From: the human T2T-CHM13v2.0 reference genome, Homo sapiens
Assembly: GCF_009914755.1 (NCBI RefSeq)
Contig: NC_060935.1
Length of the DNA stretch: 64,000 nt
Strand: one strand, 5' to 3'
Shown here piece after piece: positions 45,888-64,000 of this stretch. The notes under the pieces were generated by a model. That model was given only the letters and a program-made list of their open reading frames with translations, was not told the origin of the DNA and made no database searches. The position numbers were made by a program, and so were the translations under genes. Every line of letters begins with the position of its first letter. Within the stretch, counting starts at the first letter, position 1.

Positions 45888-48569
45888 CTGGGAGGAAATG
45901 ATGAAGAAGCAATCAGCCATCTGTTCCCTCTGAGCCAAGCTCGAGGGATGAGGGCAGTGAAATCAAAACAAAGCGTGAAACAAGAAAGTTACAAAGAATA
46001 TGCACATCGAGTATATGGTCTCACTGTTGTAAAAGAAGTTGAAAGTCTGGAAGGAAATACATCAAGATATTAATTGTGGTGATTTCTTGGTAGTGGGATT
46101 ACAGATGATTTTTATTTTCTTTCTAGTGCTTTTTGGTTGTTTTCCAAATTTTCTACAGTAAAAGGCAGACAAAAGAAGACCCATACTCAGCTCTGGTTTT
46201 GCTACACACGAGGGGTGAGATTCTGGGAGTGAATCTCTTTACCTCTCTGAGCCGGGGCCCATTTCTCAGATGAGAAGACAAGCCTGCTTGGTCCTCTTCT
46301 CAGGGGGAGTGTGGGGACGGAAGAGGCTGATGCACGTGGAAAGGTCAGGTGGGCCAAGTAAAAGCAAAACCCTTTTTGTGGTCCCAGAAATGCTGATTCT
46401 CTTGGTCTCTGTTGTTAGGGTGTGGGAAGGAGTGCCTTTGAGCCACAGGGGCCCTAACTCCTTAGAGAGTTACCCTCAGTAACTTGTTAATTCCACTTGT
46501 TAATTTCAGCCTTCGGATGTGTAATGGAGAGGGCATTTAAAGAAAATATCTGTCTCTCCATTTCTTCCCTTAGGAGTTCTCTTCTGAGTGAATTCCTCAA
46601 TGCTAGAGTATTGTTCTTTCCTGGGCCCTTTCAGCCACGCAAAATTTCTTTAAGGCTTCTCCTTAACCAAGTGAAGCAAATTGATCATGCAACACAAAAG
46701 GATCAGACAGTCCTGGATCTGAATTCTGACTATAGCACTTAGGAGCAAGTCATTTCACCTCTGAGCCTCGGTTTCCTTATTGTCCATCATTCACTCCATA
46801 AATATTTCTTGCATGCCCGCTTTGCACCTGGCCTGGTTCTAGGTCTGGGGATAATGACGTTATCCTTCATTATCTGAGATCATGATACCTATCTTGAAAG
46901 GTCCCGGAGAATAAAGAGAAGAATGTGAAGATTTTAATACATGGGGAGTACTGGATAAATTGCAATTGTTATTATGTGACTATATGCACACAACAGTTCT
47001 GTGTTCTGGTTGTTAGTTTTGCCATTCACGGTTGTGTGATGCAGATCCCACAGACCTCGACTTGCCCAGTGAGCACCTGACATCTGTTCTAGATCTGTGC
47101 GTCAGGTGCAGTAGAAGGTGAGCAGAGACAGTGTCATGCAGATAGTCGTCAGTGTCAGCTCTGCACGGGTGTGCCCTGTCCTGCTTTTCCCCTTCCATTC
47201 TGGTTTAAATCCTCTTTCTTCCTTCCTAGGCACCTATATTTTCTGGATTTCTGGCCTTAGGTTCTTCTCCTTCAGGTGGCCTTGCAACGTGCTGCGGCCA
47301 CACCAGTCTTCCTTATGCAACAGGTCCATCAGAACACACTCCTGTCCAAACCTTCAAAGGGTCCTTCTTTCTAGAGCATGTCAACATTTCTGCTTTTATA
47401 TTTTTGCCTCTGGTCTGTTGATTACAGTATCCAACACATGTTTTTGGACTGTAAGAACCTAGCCTCAGCCTGCTGTTTGTATTCCCACTCTAAGGGCAGC
47501 CAGCCCTTCCCTTTTTCTGCAAATGCACCTGCCCCTGATCCTTGCTCACCTCTGGCTGCCTGCCTGAAAGCCTTCCTTCCCTCTCATCATACATCACATA
47601 CCCTCTTCCACTCCAACAGCTTGCTTATGTCCCACCTCTGGACCAATTTATCCCTTTTTAACTCTCGTTCCTTTTTTTTTTTTTTAAACTGTTGCGTTCT
47701 TAATCATATTGTACTTTGTGCTTTGTGCTATGTGCTGTGGTTTCATCTGTGTTGGTATCTGGACAGCCCAGTGTTGGGCCTCTGGGGGGTCCTAAGTAAC
47801 TACTCATTGGTTGATTTTAAAAGTCATGCATCCAATGTTGTATAGTGCCCTTAAGGCTTAAAGTTCAGCAAGAAAAGCAAGCAAATCACATCCCTCTTGC
47901 CCATAGAAGTTTTTTTTTTTAAAAAGGCAGATCCTTGCTCAGCACAGTCTTAATGTAAATGTCACTGTATTAAGGGTTTCTTTCACTGATATCAAAACAG
48001 ACCCAGGAAACCTGTTCTAATATGTTGCTTGAGCTGCAGTTGTTTCTTGGGACCTGCCAAGCCACTTATACACAGTTTACCAATGTTGACATCACCCCAA
48101 AGTTTAAAAGAATTTCAAAACCAAAATAAGGAAAAGCGATTGGCCTGGGTGGCCATTTACTCAGAGTCCCCAGAAGTCCTGAGTTCTGGCAGTAACACCT
48201 GCAAGGCAATCGTGGAGCCTGCTGTGTAACCATGGGTGTGGGATCTGGCAATTTACATCTCCGTCGGCGAAGATTTTGACCCTTGACTTAAATCATTTGT
48301 ATCATGAGTCAATTTGCCACAGAGCTTTTGCAGCACATTTCTGTTTTAAAATGGAATTGGATAAAGTTTGGGGGTACATGGCATAAGTAGGCATTCAAGG
48401 AGCCTTAGGTCTTCTCTTTTGCCGTTCCCTTTCCCTGCTCCACCTAACGTCTCTGTGACTGCTGTGATCCCCTTCACCCCAGTGGATCATGTTGACTCAT
48501 CTTTCTCCTGTCTTTCTGCTTTCAGAAGGCTCCCATGTTTCCCCCTCCATAGCATCTTCATATGATAGA

Positions 48570-48880
48570 TTTCTTTCTTTCTTTTTTTTTTTTTTTTTTT
48601 GAGATAGAGTCTTGCTCTGTCACCTAGGCTGGAGTGCAGTGACGTGGTCTCGGCTCACTGCAACTTCCACCTCCTGGGCTCAAGCCATCCTCCCACCTCA
48701 GCCTCCTGAGTAGCTGGGATCACAGGCGCACATCATCACGTCTGGCTAATTTTTGTGTTTTTAGTAAAGACTACGTTTTGCCATGTTGCTCAGTCTGGTC
48801 TCGAACTCTTGAGCTCAAGCAATTTGCCTGCCTTGACCTCCCAAATTGCTGAGATTACAGGTGTGAGCCACCATGCTCAG
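48570..48880 (-). mobile_element. AluJ/S in PLET1 intron 1
   Basis: T tail followed by the antisense Alu. Confidence 0.9.
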
Positions 48881-50026
48881 TGATAGATTTCTCTTTCCTC
48901 CATTGCATTAGCAAAATCTTTCACCTGGAGAGGTATTATCTTAAATGCCAGAGGCTCGTGATCTCTTTTGCAGTGGTGCCTCTGACACCTGAGGCTCTCC
49001 TCCAGGTTGCACATATGTCCACCTGTGCTCATCTTGAATTACAAGATTATCCTCCCTGCCCTGTCAGGACAATATCCACTGCCTGAGGGAGTGGGACATA
49101 GCTGGCCCCATCACAACTGAAGCACTTAGTGTCAGTCCTCATTTAAAAGTAAGACAAAAGATAAGCAAGGTGAGTGCGTGAAGGCATGCCATGATTGTTC
49201 ACCTGCTGAAGTCTGAGACCTAGACTATGAGTGTGGAGATCACCCTGGTGGTCTTTGCAAAAGTTAGACTTTTAAGAAAGGCAGAATAACACAGTAGATA
49301 AGAAGAAAGGTTCTGAAGCTGGACAGCTGGCTGGATAAAAAGCTGTACGAGTTTTGGTTGTGCTATTTAGATTCAAATCTTAGCTAAGTTACTTATTAGT
49401 GTAAATTTTTAACTTCTCTGTGCCTCAGTTCTTGTCTGTAAAATGATAACAACATCTACTTCTAAAACATGCCCAGCACATCGTAAGAAGGGTTAGCTCT
49501 CACTACTATAAGGAAGAGTATATAGTGGTTAAAGGCAGGGTCTCTGAAGCTGGAATGCTGGTTCATATCTTACCTTCACCATTTAAGTAGCTCCGGGACC
49601 TGAGCAAGAGTCACTTAGCATCTCTGTCTCTGTTTCTCATCTACAAAATGGGAATGATAATGATATCTCCCTAATAGGTCACTATTACATGTTAAACACC
49701 ATAGGAAGTGTTATTATTATGAAATGAATTAGAAAGCATATTCCTTGACTTTTAGGTTTGGCTGATTCAAAAAGGGCTATATAAAAAATATCTACTGGAC
49801 ACCTCTAAGAAAAGCATTGGATTAAGAATGAACAGACTAAGATTCAAGAGCCAGTTCTATGACTTACTAGAAGGGAGACTCTGGGCAGGTCATTTAATTT
49901 CCCTTGGTCTCAGGCTTTTCATACATAAAGTGGGTTAGTAATACTTCCCCTGTGTTGTTTATTAGATTTTTTTCACCCACGGACTAAATGCAGTATACAA
50001 TTATCCCCAGAGGCATCATATTGTCA

Positions 50027-50365
<339 letters not shown>

Positions 50366-50704
50366 TTATACACTGGAATGCAATGATTATCCCTTAAAAT
50401 GATAAAACTGCCCATTTTATTTAAGTCAGAGAATCTACCCCAAGTGTGCTCTTGCTGGGACTCAGTGAATCTGGGGTTGGGGCTTTCTCGCTCCTGTGGC
50501 TTGAGTTCACAAGGAATTTGCAGAAATAGCCCCCCAGCCCACTCCCTTAATTCTCATTCTTTCTCTTCCTTCCCTTGCTTCCCATTTGGTTCAGAAGACA
50601 CATGTTTTGTATAATTGAGAGTAGCGATAGAGGGGTGTGTTCTGAAATTCTGGTTAATTTCCCTCAGGGAACAAAGGACAGCAGAGAGCATGGCTTCTAC
50701 TCAC

Positions 50705-50888
50705 CAGAATAGACTGCATTGCTTTCGTAGATATGTGAACTGGCCTTGATGTCTAGGGTTATGGTGTAGTATTCATCAAAGGTGAAGCAGGTGCTACTGT
50801 ACCTTATAAAGGTGGCAGAAGAAAGCTGCAGACTGAGGCACAGAAACATCCCCAGTGGCTGCAGCAGCATGTCATGGAAGACTGCCAT
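50705..50888 (-). CDS. PLET1: PLET1 (placenta expressed transcript 1) exon 1 with signal peptide
   Basis: Strong Kozak accATGG. Encodes [61 protein letters not shown]. Donor G|gtgagt. 184 nt. Confidence 0.94.
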
Positions 50889-50951
50889 GGTCTCAGTCTG
50901 TTTGGAAAGTGCTAGGCCTGGAATTGGGTGAAACTGACAACTCACCTCTTG

Positions 50952-50957
50952 TTTATA
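50952..50957 (-). promoter_or_regulatory. Candidate PLET1 TATA box
   Basis: TATAAA on the minus strand about 65 nt upstream of the ATG. Confidence 0.55.
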
Positions 50958-51189
50958 TGCCAGGGCTTCTGGGTGAAGTCATACATGCAGATCTTCTCCC
51001 TGCCCCTTCTGAATATACATTGGATTCTGGAATTTGGCCCAAGACATCACCAGGAATGAATCACCAGTCACCATTACCTGTCACCGATGATTTTGCAAAT
51101 TGCAGTTTTGCTCAAGAAAGGGAATGTCCTGAATATGGTTTTCTTTTACGCCTGTCATTTCAGCATCTGCTGTTTGAAGAAAGCCATTG

Positions 51190-54380
<3,191 letters not shown>

Positions 54381-55349
54381 TTTTTATTTACATAATATGC
54401 TGTGTAGGCAAGTTGGGGTAGCAGAAAGAATGTGACAGAACTTTAGTATTGGGTCCTGTTCAGAGTCCTTGCTTTGGGAGAGTTTTTAAACTATCTGAGC
54501 TTTAGTCTCCACTTCTAAAATTAAGGCAGTAATATCAGTCTTACATACTTTTATGTATATTAAATGAAAAGTGTATGTAAGCTGTTTTGAACTGGGTCTG
54601 GTGGTGTGCCCCTATAGTCTCAGCTACTTGAGAGGCTGGGATAGGAGAATTACTTGAGCTTAGGAGTTTGAGTCTAGCCTGAGCAACATATTGAGACCCC
54701 CATCTCAAAAAAGAAAACAAAACAAACCCCAAAACCATTTTAGGGAACAGGGTGGGCCTGACATATAGTATAAATTTTTAACAAATGTTAATTAGTTTCC
54801 TACCTTCCTTCCTTTCTTCTTCCCTTTCCTAAATTTATACAGATTAGGATGGTAGAAAAGAAAATATAGGAGTTCTGCTATTGATATGGGGATGATGGTC
54901 TAATCTCCTTATGAACTGGGGGACATGGGATTGGGGGGATGGGAAACGACTCAGAAGGGAACACTCTGATTTATGTGGAATTGTTCCATGCATTTTCTGC
55001 AAGATGGAGCTCAGCCCAAGAGAGGGCCTGTGTGAGGACCCTGGCATGTCCTCTAGGGAGGGGGGCGTGTCTACTGGCCTATAGCCCTACTGGCTATGGG
55101 GACAGCTGTTCATAAAACAAAATTGTTCTTTGAATCAAGCTGGAAAGGACTTGATTTTTCTTGGGGACAGGAGACCAAAAGAAAACAAGTTTTAAAATAA
55201 AATACACATGTTTGGGGCCTCCTTGTATTTCTCCACCCCCTTTTCTACAATTCTGGACTGCAGTTCCTGGAAATTCACCCTTTCAAAAAGCCCCATCAGT
55301 GATTCTTGGATGGAGCTTTTAGAACATGCATGTGTGTTCAAGTCACCGG

Positions 55350-55480
55350 AAGCATCTTGCTAGTACAGTTTCCGATTCAGTGCGTCTGATATGGGGTCTG
55401 AGATTCCTCATTTCTAACAGGCTCTTGGGTGATACAAGGAAGTTGCTGATCCATGGACCACACCTTGAATAGCAAGCGTT
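55350..55480. mobile_element. MER5-type DNA transposon fragment
   Basis: ggggtctgagattcctcatttctaacagg...gctgatccatggaccacaccttgaatagca. Confidence 0.65.
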
Positions 55481-57201
55481 TAGCAGCTGGTTTGAGTAAA
55501 CCAGGTTAGAGTTGAATGCCGGACTAATCGTTAAAGTTGGAAAAGCTAGGTTCCATGACTGCCCTGCGCACCCCAAGCCTGCCCGTCTGCCTACAGCTTA
55601 TATGCAGAGGCTCCTCATGCTGTAGAAAGTCTGGTGGGTGCTTCAATGCCTTGTTGGTCTCCCTGGGAAGGAGAGCTGTCAGAGAGTAGAAAGCAGTTGG
55701 CCTTCCAAGGTCAAAGTGTAATGGGAGATTCTCTGAGATTCACCAGACACGACCACTGATGGATGCAGGGATCACTAGTCTGAGGAGCCCTGGGGTTTTT
55801 GATGTGTCTCCTGGGCATGTCAGAGGTGTGACAGATGCAATATGGAGAACGTGAGAAAGGGCACAGATGTTAGAGTCCAAGAGACCTCCACTGGAATCTT
55901 CCTCCTCACAGTGTAACCTTGGACTGTACTTAACCTACCTGAGCCTCAGTTTTCTTATCCGTATTATGGAGAGACTCCGACCAACCTTGCAGGATTGTGT
56001 TAAGGTTTAAAAGAGGTAATGCATGTAACATGCATGCCACAGAGTCAACCCTCTAAGAGGAAGTTTTTACCACCGATGGCAAGTGTCTGTGTTAACTCGA
56101 GGGACAAGGGCATCCAGGGAGCTGGGGGTAGCTGGAGAAGTTACTCTCATTTGTTGACCCACAACGGATGTTCAAGTCCACACATGTTGATTTATGAGCT
56201 AATTGGGTTGTGCCTCTGGCTCTTTGGTTCAGCATTGTGGGTGTTATGCTTTTGAATAGCCCAAAGTGAGAGTCCCCATGCTTTAGGGATAGCCCGTGGT
56301 CAGCTTTTGAGAAGATGCATACCATTCTTCTCATTCCCCGAGGACTTACAAATTCTCAGAGAGGGGGAACACACTACTATGTATTACATTAAGAATTTTC
56401 AAGCAGGACTGGCCCTAAGAGATAATTTTAATCTAACTCCCTTATTATGTCTGAGAAAACTGAGCACAGAAAAATTAAACAACTTGCCCCAGGCTTAAGA
56501 ACTACTTAGTGACAAAGTCAGGGCCAGATCCCGGCCTCCTTCCCACCAGCTGGGGATTCTCTCCACTGGACAGCTTACTATCTAGGGAATACATGTGTGC
56601 TCTGCTTAGCATTTCAGATTCAGACATATTCCAGATACAGCACATGTTAATTTTAATATGCCGTGTGTATATTTTGTTGTACGTGTGGGACATGTGCCTC
56701 ATCTACTTACATTTGATAGAACTTGGAGAGAAGTTTATCACAGCAATAGTTAGTTGCTCTATCTTTGCTCAAGACTTTTTGTTGATCATATTTGTGTCTT
56801 CGTTTAATCCAAAATTGCATGTTGAGAGCACAGCTGGATCTGCACTGTGCTTTACTTGTGTTGCCTCGTTGGCCTACCGTGGTCAGTGGACTGGGGTTGG
56901 CTGGTTGAGCTGCTCCAGGTCACATGGCCTTCTGGGAAAATAACCCCTGCTTTATAGCAATTATTGCCAAACTCCAGGCTGGCAATGATCTTGATCAACT
57001 GTTTACCTGTTTTCATGGAATGACAGAGATGAGGGCAAAATTATGACAGTTTTTATAAAGAAAGAAATGTTGATTTGGTTTAAAGCCTGCCTTTTATTTT
57101 GATGTTATAGCTTTCTGATGTTTTGTTGTTCTTTCTTTTATGAAACTATAGTCATTGTAGATTATAGATGGTAGATTTTCCCCTCCTTCACCTATTTATT
57201 T

Positions 57202-58771
<1,570 letters not shown>

Positions 58772-60361
58772 CACCTATTTATTTTTTAAATGTCCTTATT
58801 TAACAAAATGAAAACTTAGCACCTATCTAGGTGCCTAAAATCCTAAGTTTTGAAACCAGAGATCTAAAAAGATTTAGTTTGCATCGTAACTTCCAGAAAT
58901 GCCTTGCATTACTGTGGCAAAAAGCAGGAATTGCTAGCATTTAAGTAGGAGTAGGGAGGTTACGTCTCAAGAAGGGTGTTCAAGGACCCCTTTCTCACTG
59001 AGTAGGAGGTCAGATCTTTTAAGCTCCTCTTCCCAACATTAGAATCAGTCATCCCCCCAAAATTGGACATTTATTTCAGTCACTTTTAGGGAGAGATCAG
59101 TGTTGAGGGCACTTAGTGGTAGAGTGAGAGCAGGGGTTGCTGGGTGAGAAAGTGAAATTGGACAAGAGAAGTTGGGACTCAGAGCTTCCCAGTCCCCAAA
59201 CAGAAAAGGAACTGGGAAGGTATCTCCAGCTGCGGAAGAGGAAGGTTTGGACACTCTCTTTACATGGCCAGTGTGGCTTCTTCCTTTGAGAGGAAAGAAT
59301 TCTCTGCTTGAGAGGAAACCCACTGCAGGAACCTGAAGAGAACTAAGCCCACCTAGGTCAGTAACTGGAAACAAGTGGCTCTTCCTCTGTCCTGCATAGC
59401 TACACTTAGAAATTTCATGGAAAGGTGTGACATTTTATCAAGACATTTGGCTGTGTTGCTCCTGCTGTTTAACCAGAGGATTCAGCAGCAAACAAAACAA
59501 GACAAAACAAAACAAAAAAACCAGGACGGTTTAATGAGTGGGACATGAATTGGAACAGGCAGGATGAGCTGTGGGTTCCTGTGGTGGTCTGACAAGGATG
59601 TGACGAGGACACCTTTCCAGGGGCAAAGTCAAGGCCATGTGCTCTCACAGGAAATTCCCTTCGGTTAAGTTCCTGAAGAGTGTATTGATTTTCTGATACC
59701 CTGCCTTATTCAGGTAGGACTTAAAGCAGCTTACAGGAAAACAAGATTTAAAATGTAAGAAGTTAAGGATATAGGGAAAAGAAAGGTAGAACAGAATGAT
59801 AAGAGAAAGGTGGGGTTTGTGATTGTGGGAATTTCCGTGCTGGCATCTCCGTGTTGGTTCTGTTGTTGCAGGTACTGGGAGGAGGAGATGAACCCTGCTC
59901 CTGTGGAGGCTATGAGGTATTGACGTCGTGTACACATCCAAGGGGTGGTCTAATTATTTACAACTAGGCTCCTGAAAATCAGCCCTGAATCCAGCTTTCT
60001 ACCTTCTCTTTTCAATATCATTCAGTTAATTGAGTCACAGAAACGGCCTTTAATTCATTTAATTCCCTTACATTCTTCTAACTTCTGCCATATATCTCGT
60101 GATCTGTGATTTTTCCTTTTGCACTGATTTGATACTATGTAGTAGCAACTAAATATCGTTACTTATACCATAGCAGCTAATCTTTTTATCAACAAAAACA
60201 AATAATGTCCACATTCCTGAAAACAAATAGGCTCTATTTCTAGCCTTGTGAACAAATGCAATTTTGTCACTTACATAATTTGTTATTGATAGAGTAACTT
60301 CAGAATTATTTGTAGTACTGCTTCCTGAGACATATAAAATCATATTAATAATTTTTAATAG

Positions 60362-63555
<3,194 letters not shown>

Positions 63556-63889
63556 TGGATGAACTGTTTTGAAGGATAGGGGTAGGTTGGGGTGAATGTT
63601 CCTGGAAGAGAGAAGTGTGGAATTACAAAACAGTGTGATGTGAGCAGGGAACAATGAAAAGGTAATGTTCAAGAAAAAGAGTGACAGATGCTGTTGCTGG
63701 CAAGTAAATAGGGGCCAAGTCATGCTAGGTCTTATAGGTCATGCTAAGCATTTTGAATTCTATCTGTAGGCAACAGAGTTTTATTTTTATTTGTTTATTA
63801 TTTTTATTTTTTTCACCCGGAGGTGAAACAATTTTATTTCACAGTTGCCTTTAAAACCTCAAAGATACTATTTTCTTCATACAAAAATA

Positions 63890-64000
63890 TTAGTACTGGG
63901 GGAAGAGGCCAAGATGGCCAACTAGAAACATCTGTGGTCAGAGGCGCCCACTGGGAGGAACCAAAATGGCAAGTGAATCCTGCACCAGCAACCAGGGTAT
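63890..64000 (+). mobile_element. Probable 5' end of an older L1 (L1PB-like) running out of the window
   Basis: gaggccaagatggccaactagaa resembles L1 5' UTR starts. Confidence 0.55.

Noticed and set aside
50889-50945. N-terminal extension of PLET1 suggested by ORF 50697-50945
   Set aside because: It starts at a non-ATG codon next to the candidate TATA box. The ATG at 50888 has a strong Kozak context and begins the signal peptide.

Overview
Human (or very close primate) genomic DNA, recognisable as the 11q23.1 BCO2-PTS-PLET1 region. It holds the last four coding exons and 3' UTR of BCO2 (+), the complete six-exon PTS gene (+; 145 aa, CpG-island promoter) and the complete four-exon PLET1 gene (-; 207 aa). 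There are three recognisable processed pseudogenes (RPS12-, RPS6- and ST13-derived), many Alu, L1, LTR and MaLR insertions, and a ~1 kb GT/CA-rich tract. I see no wholly new multi-gene system. The best leads are: (1) a ~1.15 kb TSD-flanked retrocopy with no apparent coding sequence and an unidentified parent (12.1-13.3 kb); (2) a 79-bp locally templated inverted insertion inside the RPS6 pseudogene; (3) signs of decay at the PLET1 exon-4 acceptor (three tandem acceptors, frameshifted Pro/Thr stalk), plus a ~1 kb CA-rich tract in PLET1 intron 2; (4) a dense NF-kB/AP-1/IRF/CRE motif cluster with a strong splice donor at 59.1-61.1 kb; (5) a BCO2 3' UTR built largely from retroposed pieces; (6) latent PTS pseudoexons. 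Repeat subfamily names, pseudogene numbers and variant names are from memory and need checking.
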